A stretch of 64,000 nt of DNA from Chiloscyllium plagiosum. Its lineage: Eukaryota. The stretch spans positions 23,657,503 through 23,721,502 of the forward strand of contig NC_057717.1 of assembly GCF_004010195.1 (NCBI RefSeq), written 5' to 3'. Both the position numbers and the translations under genes were made by a program. The notes under the pieces were generated by a model that worked only from the letters and a program-made list of their open reading frames with translations, ran no database searches and was not told where the DNA came from. Below are positions 1 through 13,092 of the stretch, piece after piece (within the stretch, counting starts at the first letter, position 1; every line of letters starts with the position of its first letter).

Positions 1-250
1 GATCGGCTTCAGAGAGCGGCGCTCAGAGCCGGTGTGTGGGAGCCTCGCTGGGAGAAAGGAGCGGAGAGATTTCACAAATCCCGGATACAGGTTAAAAATA
101 ACTCGATAAAGACCCTCCAGGCCCGCGTAAGGAGGTGGCCGTCTCTGATCAGGGAAGGGTCCCAGGATCACGGCCGCCATTTGTTTGAGGGAAGAGGGAG
201 CGCTCAGGGCCGCCATCTTGAGAAGGTCAAGGTGCAGGAGGGCGGGGCTC
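1..250 (-). promoter_or_regulatory. CpG-rich promoter / candidate first exon with two YY1-type motifs
   Basis: GC/CpG-rich relative to the rest of the window. GCCGCCATTTG (173-183) and GCCGCCATCTTG (209-220) match the YY1 consensus (CAAnATGGCGGC on minus). A GC box GGGCGGGG lies near 240-248. The two ATGs (216, 180) are in frame and open to the window edge (MAALSAPSSLKQMAAVILGP...). Confidence 0.5.
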
Positions 251-1173
251 TCGGGGTCAGTAGAACAATCAGAGGAAAGGGAAGACCCATTGCTACTGAA
301 TAATCCCACGAACACAGCGTCAATGGGCGGTCCCACAGGAATATCCTCTCACAGTCCTGCTGGGATCTTTCACCCACTCAGAACCAGCAGCTCTCCTCCT
401 CTCTCAGCTCCCCTTCTGTCCTTCCAGCGGCATCTGTCCCCTGGAACATTGAGCTGCCTTTCCAGTCCCTCCCTCAGCTGTTGTTCTGTAATACCTGTGA
501 TATCCCAGTCCCACCTTAGATTACTTCACTAAAGACAGGAATGCAACCGATGGATTTTTGTTAACATCAGCAATTGTTTAATCCTCACTTACAGGTTTTT
601 AATTACATCGTTTTTGAAGCATTTACTTCACATTCAATTATTTGCAATGGTGGGATCTGAACCTGTGTCCAGAAAACATTTGCTGAGTTTCTGGATAAAG
701 TGTCACACAATAATGCCACTAGGCCATCACTTTGCCTGCTCACAGTTTGTATATCCCAGTGCAACATGAATTAAAACCCTTTCTTCCTGCACAATTGTTT
801 GACCCGGCACTCTGGTGAAGTGACTCAACACTTCTCCATGTGGTATCCCTCACTGTGTGGGTCTAATTGCTGCTCTGTCACCGTCTCTCACTTTTGAAGC
901 TACACCAGATCATGAGCCAACAGAATTCTCCACTCCAGAGAGATGAGGCAGCACAGGTCAGGAATATAGACTGGGATTTTCCAGATCTCTGTGGGCTCAG
1001 TGCCATTCTATATGTGTAACCCTCAAAGCATTAGTCTACTTTCCCGTTCTGCCTACTTCTGTGTCTTCTACAGGTACTCATGGAGTTCCTGACTCAATAG
1101 ACTTGCCAACTGCTGGTTGGGACGATGGTTGGCCAGCCAGAAAGACAACGTCAGGGAGGTTGGGAGTCTTCAA

Positions 1174-1673
1174 NNNNNNNNNNNNNNNNNNNNNNNNNNN
1201 NNNNNNNNNNNNNNNNNNNNNNNNNNNNNNNNNNNNNNNNNNNNNNNNNNNNNNNNNNNNNNNNNNNNNNNNNNNNNNNNNNNNNNNNNNNNNNNNNNNN
1301 NNNNNNNNNNNNNNNNNNNNNNNNNNNNNNNNNNNNNNNNNNNNNNNNNNNNNNNNNNNNNNNNNNNNNNNNNNNNNNNNNNNNNNNNNNNNNNNNNNNN
1401 NNNNNNNNNNNNNNNNNNNNNNNNNNNNNNNNNNNNNNNNNNNNNNNNNNNNNNNNNNNNNNNNNNNNNNNNNNNNNNNNNNNNNNNNNNNNNNNNNNNN
1501 NNNNNNNNNNNNNNNNNNNNNNNNNNNNNNNNNNNNNNNNNNNNNNNNNNNNNNNNNNNNNNNNNNNNNNNNNNNNNNNNNNNNNNNNNNNNNNNNNNNN
1601 NNNNNNNNNNNNNNNNNNNNNNNNNNNNNNNNNNNNNNNNNNNNNNNNNNNNNNNNNNNNNNNNNNNNNNNNN
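1174..1673. other. assembly gap (500 N)
   Basis: N run of exactly 500. Confidence 0.99.
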
Positions 1674-3441
1674 GAGTAACATAGAAATTAGCAGTTTCAT
1701 CATTCTTATTGCAGGGTAAAACGGGTAAAGGAGGGTCGGGGAAGTGGGAGTAATAGGTGTCATACAGTTGGTGTGACAGAAGAGAAGGGTGAAGGCAAAT
1801 GGTCAGTGCAAGAATATGTAGCAGCAAAAGCGGGGGGCTAGGGAAGTAGGCGTGAAAGGAAAGAGTAGGAAGAAGGCAGAAGAGTAGCAGATGAAGTATT
1901 AGTAGCAGAGAAAAGCCTGTATTTGGAGAAGACAGATTGATGGGCTTTCAAAGACCACTGTTTGGAAAAATCAGGATTGGGTGTCGATTGAAATTTGAGA
2001 ACAGATTCCTTTTACCTTTTCCACCTAACACTTGATTCTTGTTCAGGTTGTGCATTCACTCCTCATTTTTTAGATCTTCATCAAGTGTAGACGACGTTTC
2101 TTTCTCCCTAAATGGATTGTTCCAACCTTTTTAAACTTTTTTACAATAGGAAGAGCAGTGAATATTTGCTCTATTAATTTGCTTCCGGTTCAACGTGGTC
2201 ATGAAAATATCATTTGATCTCTTACAGTGTGTCTATAATGTAGAAGTTCATTGCATCTTAATCTTCATCACTCCAGCTCTTTCAAACAAAATTAATGAAT
2301 GAATCTTTGCCCAACCTACCGATAAAATAACGTCCTTCAGCGTTGAATATCATGGGGAATGTTGCCAAAAAAAAGCATACAACAATCCACGTAACTTCCA
2401 AATGTTGCAGGGCAAGTTGTTGAAACCTAGTAAGACTTGAATGAAGGGCAGAGTTTAATTGGAGAATTGAGCTCTGAGCCCACTATTTGTGGCTACCTCA
2501 TGAAAAGAATTAAATTGCAATCACTGTGTGAATACATTGAAGTAAGAAAATCAAGAGACTGGTATTCTCAATGCTTCTTCTACGAATAATATCTGGGGAA
2601 AATGAAAAAAACCAAGGTGTGTTTCTGATATTTATAAATAATGAGAATGTGGGAATGAGGTACGGGGGAACAATAAATAATTTTGCATATTTTTAAAGAT
2701 CACCCTTTGGTGCACAGTGCGGATCAAATTCTTAAGTTACAAGACTATATAACTGGATTGCTCTGATGACCAGATCAATTGCTGATTAAGGCAAGACAAT
2801 ATTCAAACTATGAATAAAGGTTAGGTATCATTGGCTTTACTTTGGAGCACGGAATGTTGATTGGGCACCTGATTTATGCATAAGCGAGAATGAGATATAT
2901 GGAGAGTGTGAACTGACAGCAGCTGTTCACCTTAGTCAAGGTTTCAACAACAAGGCAATGCAAGTTTAAAGTGAAGGGCAAGACGATGAGAGAGGATTTG
3001 TGGAACCTGTTTTGAACTCAAAGGGTGGTATGTGTCCTGAGTGCACTCCATAAGAGGGTGATTGAGAGAGGTAGCCTCACAAACTTTGTAAAATACTTGA
3101 ATAAGCAGATTTGCTGGGTGTCTTCTGCAATGTTTGATTTTATGCAATGGCACCCAATAAAGATCTGACATGTTCTTTAGCAACAGCCGATGTCACTTGC
3201 TGGTTGGGTACGTTGATTATGCTTAGAAAGCGGTTATATTACGGATCAACATCGTCTCATGAAGCATTAGCATTTAGTCAACTTAGGACAGCACAGCCAT
3301 TTGTGTAAACATTTAAGATAATTCACACACTCAAAGCAAAAAAACATCTAGCAACATCACAAACGTTACTCCAGCGGTTTGACACTATTATTTTAGCTGC
3401 ACGGGTAACATGGTTACTGCTTTGCCTTCATTACAATGTAG

Positions 3442-3739
3442 ACCTCGTGCTGTGAAAGTGTCATTTCGCGAACGAGAAACGAACAACTTCTTCCCAGGCA
3501 CTCTGTTTCAGAATAGGTTATTTTTCCTGTCTGATCTGATTGCTATAGCCGTTTCAATGAGGTTGTGACCTTTCTGCAAAAACATGAAACGTTCCTGAGT
3601 ATTTTCCAGGTGGAGTTGAAAAATCTTATCTGGAAGTTTCATTCCCACGCTGAAAGGGAACGCCGTATGGTTCGTGAAAATGTTCTCATTGTTTTTCATT
3701 ATTCTAAAGAAAGGAAAAACGTTGAAACGAGATTAAGAG
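3442..3739 (+). pseudogene. exon-like coding remnant of an unidentified gene
   Basis: AG acceptor at 3440-3441 and AG|GTAAGT donor at 3740. Frame reads ...QLLPRHSVSE*VIFPV*SDCYSRFNEVVTFLQKHETFLSIFQVELKNLIWKFHSHAERERR with two in-frame stops. Mirrored at 18678-18975. Confidence 0.35.
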
Positions 3740-3954
3740 GTAAGTGATTGGACGAGTCTAACCAACTCCACCATGTGATATTATCGTGGACAATCCGATT
3801 GTGGTCACAAATACACATTCCTGTCTCCCGCTTATAACGTCAGTTCGTCATTCTTAGACAAGAATCCGTCTCCTTCCTTAACTGTATTCAATGACTTCCT
3901 CTCCATCACTCTCCGGGAAGAATTTTCCACCGACACACGACCTTTTGTGCTGTT

Positions 3955-4800
3955 CATAAATTCATATGGCATTGGAGCAGAATTAGGCCATTCGGTCAAT
4001 CGAGTCTTCTCTGCCTTTCGATCATGGCTGATATGCTCTTTTTCCTTATTTTCCTGCATTCTCCCCATAACCCTTCAAAGCAGTATACATTAAATTTCTA
4101 TTTAGATCCTACTTAAATATAGCCAATGTGCCGACATTCTTTGCAATTTGGATTAGCAAAAAACAGACATTCACAACCATTTGGGAGAAGCCGTGTTCCC
4201 TCATCTCAGATTTAAGTATGCTCCCCATGATCCTAAGACTGTGACCGCTCTTCCGCGAATTCCCCATAAGAGGAAACATTCATTCCAAGTCTATCTTATC
4301 CATACCTTCCATCAACTTGAATAGCTCAAATTGATCTCCCCTCATCCTTCTAAGTTCCAGGTTATATATGTTTAAAATGTTCAATTTCTCTTCCTATGAC
4401 ATACCTTCAATATCTAGACTCAATTAATGAACCTCCACGAAATGGCCTCCAACGCCACTACATTCTTCTTCAAATATAGGGACCAAACTGTGCACATTAG
4501 GTCAGTTGATGTCTCACCAATGACTGGCATCATTGCAACAACACTTCCTTACCTTTGTTTTCTCTTCTTTGAGCAAAAAAGCCAACATTCAATTTGTTTT
4601 CTGTATTATCTGTTGTACGTGATGCTTGTTTTCTGCGAATCATGATCAAGGATACATAGTCCCCTCCACACTGGAGCACCCGAAATATCTCCCCATTTCG
4701 ATAATAGTTGTTGTTCCCAATTTTTAGACCAAAGTGCATGACCTCACACTTATTAACTTTGTACTCCATCTGCCAAATTTTGGACATCTCTGCTAACCAA
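3955..4800 (-). mobile_element. CR1-clade LINE, 3' fragment (decayed)
   Basis: WQMEYKVNKCEVMHFG (CR1 RT C-terminal motif WQMEFNxxKCEVMHFG) and CR1-type 3' UTR GCCGAATGGCCTAATTCTGCTCC. Confidence 0.85.
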
Positions 4801-6489
4801 CCTACGGGTAGTTCTCGAAGAACGAGTTCTCTGGCAAAGCGATTTGCTTATCACTGAGGAATTTAGGAGTTGTATATTCCAGAACGCTTGTCTTTGCTTG
4901 CAATAGCACGATTCCAGCAGTGATTATGATACACCCTTATTTCCGTGAATACATCGATGTCTGCACTAAAACCTCCGCGCCATGCTGTGCTTCGCCTGAT
5001 GTCAGCACTGGTTCTCGTGCCGTTCTACACATGGGGTCATGAAAGAGAACAGCATTCAGAGATAGATACACTGAAGATCTTCACGTGAAAGGTGGACTAT
5101 TCCAAGCTTATCACTTTTTGTTTGAAAACAAAGGAGAAGTATAGTGTCATTGAATGGCCAAACCATCGCAAAATATGTTAAGAAGTCAGCCAAGAAACCA
5201 ACCTTTTCTTATTTTGAAGGCAGGTATACGGTGGGCATTCTGGGTGGGATTCAGCTGTTCAAAACACTCAGCTTTAAACAAAACAGAATTTATTTGACAC
5301 GTAGTTGAATTATGAACAAACGAAAATCGAATTTTGAAGAACTTTACGTTTGAAAAACCTAACCAACCCGATACAGCAACTAAACATCGAAACTATTCCA
5401 ATCCAGTAACATCGCATAAGCATCCCGTAAACACAGTTCTTGTCAAAAAGGTAGATTGAAATACAGATACATACAGAGAAGAATGAAGAACATCCAAAGA
5501 GATTTTAGACAGAAAGTCAGCCAGGAATCAATCACTGAAGTTTACAACCTTTCCTATATTCCTGCATTTTGTGACTGGCACAGACAAACCAAAGTAAGAG
5601 TCTGGAACTTGGAGAACTGGCCTCTCCCCGGTCATTATGAAATAAAACTCTTTCTGGACGCCTCAGCACCTCTGCTTTTATGACGTCTCTTGGGAAAATG
5701 AATGCAAGGACAACATAACCTTGATAAAATGACGACATTAATGCAATACTGATAAGAATGTGAGCAAGAGTCGCCCTGGGGATAAAATTGCGAGTAGTGA
5801 AAGCAAAATAAATTCTATAGACTGGAAGAGAAGCTCGATATTGTAAAGTAATTTGTATATATGGAGGGAATATGTGAGATAGCTCGCTTAACAGGAATAA
5901 GGGAGACCACATGATCTACCATGATGACTCCTTATCCTTGCATTAAGAATATTTTACCTCTAAAATGTACTGCATTAACTTGACTTTAAATTCATTGGAA
6001 AATACGATTTATACCTTCATTCGGCCTGTGCTCCACTTTGCATTAGATTTTTTGTGTGTTTTGAGCAATTGTGAGTGATTCGTTTTTGCTTGTCTTCCCC
6101 AACTCCACTTTTCGTGTTGGCCTCATTATTGCTATTAAGCAACTTTCCATGAGGCGAAGTTTCGCTGGAATGCAACAATTGCATGATAGAATATTAACCT
6201 GTACAGTGGATTGAAAAATTGATAATGTGATGCCCATCTTAAATGATGGAGAGAGAAAGCAAGCAGGAACCTATCAGCCAGTTCGCCTTATTTAGGAAAC
6301 TGCAGATTCTATTAGTAAGGCAAAAAAAAAACAACAGAACGTTAATAGAAACTCAATGAAATCAAACAGATTCAGTGTCGTGTTCTGAAGAAGAAATTGT
6401 GTCCAACAAATTTGCTGATTTGTTTGCTGATACCACAAGCAGTGTTAATAAATGTGAACCATTTCACCATGAATTTAGATCAAAAGACC

Positions 6490-8330
6490 GCAAGACACAG
6501 GAACAGAAATTCGGCCATTCAGCAAATCGAGCTGGCTTGCCATTCAATCAGGGCTTATACATTTCTCAAACCCAATGTCCCGTTTTCTCCCTGCAACCCT
6601 TGATCCCCTTGACAGCCAAGAACCTATCTATCTCTGTCGTAAATATACACTAAATCCTGGCCTCCACAGCCTTCTGCAGCAATGATTTCGACAGATTCAA
6701 CACTCTCTGGCTGAAGCATATTCTCCTTATTATTGTTCCAAACGCCATCCGTTTACTCTCAGGCTATGCCATCGGGTCCTTGACTCTCCGAACAATGGAA
6801 CACCATGGCGCATAGTCCGAGAGTCCCCATATGTTCCTCATATGTTACAATTTTCATTGCTGGGACCATTTGCGTGCATGTGCTCTGAACCCTCTCCAGT
6901 CCAGTACATTCCTCCTGAGATTTGGAGTCCAGAACTACAAACAATCCTCTAAATATGGTCTGGCCAGAGCCTCGTAGGACCTCAGAATTAAATCCCAGCT
7001 TTAATATTCAAGTCTTTTTTCAAAACAAAACTGACAAAATTGCATTTCTAGACTTAACCTGCAAGTTAACCTTGAGCGAATCAGGACTAGAATTCCGATG
7101 TCTCTTTGCACTTCAGGCATCTGAATTTTCTCCCTATTTAGAAAGTAGTCCATGCTTCTATACTTTTTACAGAAGTGCATGACAACATACTTTCCCACGT
7201 TGTAATCCAACTGCCACCACTTTGCCCTCTCTCATAACCTGTCGAAATCCTTCTGCAGTCTCATCGCCTCCTCAATACTATCTGCCCTTCTATCTATTGG
7301 TAGAATATCCTCTGTTCCTCACTCTAGTTCATTGATGTATAACGTGAGAAGTTTTGGTCCTCACAATGGTCATAGCAGCGCATCACTTGTCACCAGCTGC
7401 CATCATGAGGAAAATATATGTAATTTCCCTTCTCTGCTTTCTGCCAAACAACCAAATTTATATCCATGCTAGCCACTTACCTTTAATATCATGGGCCTTA
7501 TGTTACTCAGCAGTCTCCTGTGCGGCACCTTGTCAAAGGCCTTCTTGAAGTCCAGGTAGATAACAACTATTGGCTCTCCTTGGTCTAATCTGCTTGTTAC
7601 ATCCTCAAAGTTGTCCAGTAGATTTGTCAGACAAGACCTTCTCTTGACGAAACTGTGCCCTGTTTTACCGCATAATTCCAAGTTTTCAGAAATCTCATCC
7701 ATCACAACGGACTCCAAAATCTTAGCCACGACTGAAGTTAGGCTTTTTCGCCTGTAATTTTCCATCTTCTGCTGAAGTGCGTTTCTAAATACTGGTGTTA
7801 TGTTCACGACATTCCCGACCTCGGGGACCCTCCCTGACTCTAGTGATTCCCGAAAGATCATCACTAATGCCTCCACGTTCTCTTCAGCTGTCGCCTTTCG
7901 AACTCTGGGGTATAGTTCATCTGGGCCAGGTGTTTTATCCACTTGCAGACCTTTCAGTTTTTCTAGCACATTCTCTTTGGTTGTGCCACCATACTCAGCT
8001 CTTCTCTCTTACACTCTTGAATTATTCGTATTTTACTCGTGTATTCCACTGTGAAGACTGACACGAAGTGATCGTTCAGCTTGTCAGCCATTTCCGTGAT
8101 CCCATCTACTGTCTTTCCAGTGTCATTTTCTAGCGATCCAATATCCACGTTTGTTTCTCTTTTGCCATTTTTTATGTCAACAGGAACTGTTTCCGGCCTC
8201 TATTACATTTTTAGATAGCTTACCCACTGCTGGTTTTTGTAAGCTTCCCATTCCTTTGGTTTCTGACTGACCTTCTCCGCATTATATTTTCTCTCCTTTG
8301 CTTTAATGCTATTCCTGTCTTCCTTAATCA
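6490..8330 (-). mobile_element. CR1-clade LINE RT fragment (decayed)
   Basis: ORF 7469-7969: DKTPGPDELYPRV...SCLTNLLDNFEDVT...[17 protein letters not shown]. Confidence 0.9.
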
Positions 8331-8419
8331 GGCATGGTTGCCTCACCCTCCCTGTTCAACGTTCTTTTTTCCTCATTCGAATTTTGGTTCTGCCTCATTA
8401 ATGATTACCAGAATTATTA

Positions 8420-10105
8420 TGAATGGAAGTCAGAACAAGAAAGAAGCAGTCGCTTTATTGGGTGTTTTCTACAGACCCACAACCGCAACAGGGACACGGA
8501 TGGGCAGATTGGGATACAGGTTTTGGAAAGGTGCAGAGTTAACAGGTTTCTTGCCATGGATGACTTTAAATTCCCTAATACTGATTGCAACCTCCTTAGT
8601 TCATTTATTTTAAATGGAGAAGTTTCTGTCAGGTGTGTCCAGTAATGGTTCCTGAAGTAATATGCAGATAGCCGACCATATTGGGGTGGCCATATTGGAT
8701 TTGGTCTTTGACCACGAAACAGGCTAGGTGTCAGACCTCTTGTGAGAGAGCATTTCAGTGATAGTGATCACAAGTTCCCGATCATTACTTTAATCAGGTA
8801 TAAGGAAAGGAGTAGAGAGTATGGGTAAGCATATAATTGGCGAAGGATGAAAGTACAATGGTATTAAGCAAGAATTGGGGCGAGTAAATTGGGAACAGAT
8901 GTTCTCCGCGAAATGCAGGACAGAAATGTGGAGATTGTAATCGGAAGCAAATGCTGAATGTGCAGGTCAGGCTTGTTCCTTTGAGGCAAGGAAGGGATGG
9001 AATGTTGAAAGAACCTTGGGTGAAAAGAGATGTGGAGCATCTCGTCAAGAGGAAGAAGGAAGCTTAATTAAGGTTGAGGAGGCATGGATCAGAGAGGTCT
9101 CTAAAGGTTTGCACAGGAGATAACTGAAGAATGGGTTTAGGAGAGCGAGCATGGATGATGAAAAAGATTTAGTAGGCAGGATAAAGGAAAACCCAAAGGC
9201 ATTCTGTACTTACGTAAGGAAGAATAGAAGAGCCAAAGTGAGCGTGGGTCCGATCAGGGACAGTGAAGGGAACTTGTGACTGGAGTCGGAGGAGGTAGGA
9301 ACGACTTTGTTTTAGTATTCACTACTGAGAGGGATCTTGACGTTTGTAAGGACAGCAAGAATCATACTGATATGTTCGAACAGGTTGATGTTCAGAATGA
9401 GAATCTGCTGCAAAATTTTAAAACTATGAGGATAGACACGTAACCTTGGCCAGACAGGAGAAAACCAAGACTTCTAGAGAAAGCGAAAGGAGAGATTGCT
9501 GCACCTTTGGCATTTACATTTTGTTCTTACTGTCCACTGGCTGTGTGGCAGCTGATTGGAAATTGGCAAATGTTATTCCCTTGTTCAAAAAGTGGAATAA
9601 GGATAATCCTGGCAATTACAGATCAGTCAGTCGTACGCCTGAGGTGGGCAGATTACTGCAGAGGACTATAAGAGACAGGATATTTTATTTTTTGGAAAGC
9701 CATAGCATGATTAGAGATCGTCAGCATGGCTTTGTAAGGGGCAGGCAATGTCACATAAGCCTTATTGAATTCTTGGATTCACATTGATGAAGGTAGAGCA
9801 GTGGATGTGGTGCACAGGGATGTTGGAAAGGCGTTTGATAAGGTTCCCCATGGTCTGCATATTCAGGAAGTAAGGATGCATGGGAAGCGCGGAAATTTGG
9901 CTATTTGGATAAGGAATGGGCTGGCCAATGGAGGACAGACGATGGTAGCACTTGGAAAATATTGAACCTGGAGGAAGGTCACCAATGGTGCTCCACATGA
10001 ATCTGTTTTGGGACCTCTATGTGATGTATATGGATGGCTTGAATGGGGAGCAGAAGGCTGGGTAAATACGTTTGCCGATGATACAAAGGTTTGTGGAGTG
10101 GTACG
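8420..10105 (+). mobile_element. CR1-clade LINE, endonuclease-to-RT fragment (decayed)
   Basis: LLGVFYRP (APE endonuclease), [28 protein letters not shown] and VNTFADDTKV motifs, broken by frameshifts. Confidence 0.9.
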
Positions 10106-10289
10106 GTCGCCAAAGATGCAGCAATCTCTCCCCTCGCTTCCTCTGGAAGTCTTGGTTAAATCTCGTCTGGTTACAAAAAAGCAGGTTTATACATTCGAGC
10201 TGTGTTGACAGAGATATGAGTGGTTCTAGATTTGTAGCAAAGAACAATAATGGGGAATGCTGTAAGCAACGACAAAGGCTACAGTCATG

Positions 10290-11160
10290 GTGAGTATATT
10301 AGGGCAGAAAACGGTGTCAGTCATGGGCCTTTTTTCAGGATTAGAGAGGTTTATAGAGTTCTTGAGAAGATTTGTAGCTCGGGTTATGCATGCAGACGTG
10401 GATTTGTTCACCAAGCTGATGTATTATTCTGCAAAGATTTCGTCACCATGCTCGCCGATATCATTGGTTTATCTTTCGTGTATCTGAGTAGTTTGCATAT
10501 GGTGTCTCGTTCAATGTGTCTATTGATTGAGTTCCGATTGGAGAGACAGTCTTCAAGGAATTCTCTGCCTTTTTTTTTGCCTGTGCTCGGATGACTACAT
10601 CACTCCAGTTGAACTTGTGCCCTTTATTAACTGCATGGTACGAAATGAGAGGGAGCTGGAGTTGTCAAGCAGTGGAGAGCTGATGTTTGCGCACTCGTAT
10701 GGTCAGTTCTTTTCCTATTTGTCCTATGTAGTGGTTTTCACAGTCATGGAATGGTATCTTGTAGCTAACGTTCGTCCTGTGGCATATGATTGTCCCGTCT
10801 GTAGCTTTTGTGAGGAGTTGGTGGAAGGTGTTTACTGGTTTGTTGGCCACTTGAATCCCAGAGGTCTTAGAATTTGGGTCATTATCTTTTATATGTCTTT
10901 GATGGATGGTATGGTTGCTATCGTGTCTGATCGAGTCGTATTATCTCTTTGGATCTGACCCGTCAGTACCAGAGGATAGTGCTCTTGGCATACGCATTTC
11001 GTTTGCATCCTTTGTAAAATTGCTCGTGCTGTGCCTTCTTGAGTTCTGGGTACGTTCATTGTGTCCTTTTCCATTTAAATAATGTCCAAATGCACCTTAC
11101 ATAGGTAATTAGTGGTTTGGAGATCGTAGGTGTTTATAGCATTCGGGAGTTGCGTGGAGA
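10290..11160 (-). mobile_element. Penelope-like retroelement, GIY-YIG endonuclease and 3' end (decayed)
   Basis: ORF 10665-10850 TNVSYKIPFHDCENHYIGQIGKELTIRVRKHQ matches the PLE GIY-YIG pattern (VYxIPCxxCxxxYIGQTGR..RxxEH). An eroded hammerhead-bearing end lies near 10435-10467. Confidence 0.8.
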
Positions 11161-11188
11161 CCAGGGATCTGTCAAGAGAGGGGGACAG

Positions 11189-11315
11189 TTGAAGAAGGGC
11201 CTGTGCCCGAAACGTCGAATCTCCTGTTCCCTGGATGCTGCCTGACCTGCTGTGCTGTTCCAGCAATAAAGTTTCAACTTTGATCTCCAGCATCTGCAGT
11301 CCTCACTTTCTCCTC
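11189..11315 (+). mobile_element. Penelope-like terminal fragment with minimal hammerhead motif (first core base C>T)
   Basis: TTGAAGA-A-GGGC-CTGT-GCCC-GAAACGTC followed by the same terminal sequence seen at 26072, 45249 and 46161. Confidence 0.7.
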
Positions 11316-12754
11316 GGACAGTTGAAAGGACTGCGCGACGATCTTACGATACCGGGCACTGTCGAGGTTGGACGAGGACACAATATTCATGAGTGTAATA
11401 GGAGGAGGATACAGTCAGGTTACGGTACAGGAAAAGGAGAAGGTTAGGTAGATGATGTTGATTTGAGGGAATGGAGGACGTTACAAAACTCGCGACGGCT
11501 CTGGAGACTCCAACCAAATACAAATTTGGAATAATGGTTAGGAAGAAAGAAGTTCATAGTATTGAGAGGTTAAAGAATTAGCAAGAATTCGTCGGAAGTG
11601 AGAGGTTGACGACTCAGACAGCCGTCGGGACTATAAGTGGTTGCAGCAAACAAATGAATGTTCCGCACGCATGGATGGTTTTCGTGACTGTAGGAAGTTC
11701 GGGAGCGACGAAGGCTGGTAGTGATTGGAGGAGGTCAGAGTTGTGGAATGTTGTAATGATGGGAAGAAGTCACAAAGATAGATAAGACTGTAGAGAATGG
11801 CAAGGTTTCAGACGTAGAGAAGGTTCAAAAGGCTTCACAATATTACACAGAAGGAAAGTTAGCAGGAAAAGATGTCGGGACTAGATGATTTTATACAGAT
11901 AGTGATGTATGCGTGGATGATCGAAGTTTTTGGGAGTGAAGTACTGTAGACTGTATGAGGAAGTGTTGTAGGGTCTAAAAATGTTAGAATTATATCATGT
12001 GCTATACAGGCTGGAGGAATGAGCACAGATTCGGATGTTAGTAAGGGCTGGATTGTAAGCACTGGACAAAATCTCCAAGATAAGGATTTTTAAAGTTTTT
12101 CGGGGATATTGACCATAACTCTAAATACCAAAGTAATTATGGGAAGAGATAAGGACAGTGTAGAAGTTAAGTGTCTGTGTTTGGGGAAGGCCAATTATCA
12201 TTAGATTACCTCCATCACTCGACCTTATCAATATTTTAGACAAGATGTGGCAAACACAGACTGGAGGAACTACTTATTGTTGAATGCATATTCAGAGAAT
12301 GAGAGTAATTCAAAGTGATACAGTGCGAATACAATGCAAATGTGTCGCACGAAGAGTGAATGGCAAAGACAGCAAGTTCAGTGAATATTGATCAAGTGAT
12401 ATTGAAAATACAGTGCAATAAAAACAGACAAAGACCTTCAGAAGTAAATAGAGTGTAAGGGACTGTTTCAAATTGAAGGACAATCAATGGCCTCGAAATT
12501 TGTCAGATTGTATTAAGGAAAAATCAATCGGTATTATATAAGCCTGTTTAAAGTAAGAGAAATAACAGGGATAGAGTGGAGCGTGTTAGAAACCAAAGGG
12601 AAAATCTGTGCATGAAGCCAGATGAATACCTGATGTCTTAACTAAGCACTTCTCATTTATATCCCCAAGGGAGAACGATACTTCAGGCGGGTATTTCAGT
12701 TTGGTTGTTGATTTTCTCGAACACGTTAAGAACAATAAGGAGGAGAGTCTGTGA

Positions 12755-13070
12755 AGTGGCGATCCGTCGAGTTTGAGGATGACGGTATTTGTTCCTTTCA
12801 TTTATTTATGGGCTCCGAAGTGGCTTATGAGTCTACTTTTGGCTGAAAATGTTCTTCGGCATTCAGGACACGTAGTTCCAGCTCGCAGATGGGGTTTTTA
12901 TTGTTCTTGCCTCACTTTCAGTTTTCTTCTTTTTCTTCTGATTCTGCACATCTGTTGTTTGCGAAAGGTGTTGTTCCTTCTCGAATGATGGTTTGCCAGA
13001 GTTTCGTGTCCTTGGCATTGCTTTCACAATTGTTAATTTCGAAACTGCATTTCTTGACGTTTTGGACATG
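12755..13070 (-). mobile_element. RTE-clade LINE 3' end
   Basis: Minus-strand translation ..ESNAKDTKLWQTIIREG.. and C-terminal zinc finger CPECRRTFSAKSRLISHFGAH, typical of RTE/BovB-like ORF ends. Confidence 0.65.
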
Positions 13071-13092
13071 CCGGTGTTGGATTGGGATGTAC

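Larger units (their letters stand above)
1674..10170 (+). repeat. left arm of ~19-kb palindrome (inverted duplication)
   Basis: 1674-7052 is the reverse complement of 15370-20939, and ~9102-10170 of 14008-15083. Mirrored ORFs appear in the track, e.g. 3832-4068(-)/18349-18585(+), 5532-5912(-)/16504-16884(+), 9446-9787(+)/14473-14733(-). Confidence 0.95.

Noticed and set aside
1061-1827. Long ORFs of 180-290 aa at the gaps (also 22512-23096, 43990-44604, 57407-58382)
   Set aside because: They are open only because they run through N gaps.
5532-5912. 126-aa ORF preserved in both palindrome arms
   Set aside because: Preservation is explained by arm identity; there is no recognisable domain or splice support.
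11320-12060. Possible N-terminal part of a Penelope ORF on the minus strand (VVNLS-like motif)
   Set aside because: Too decayed to assign by eye.
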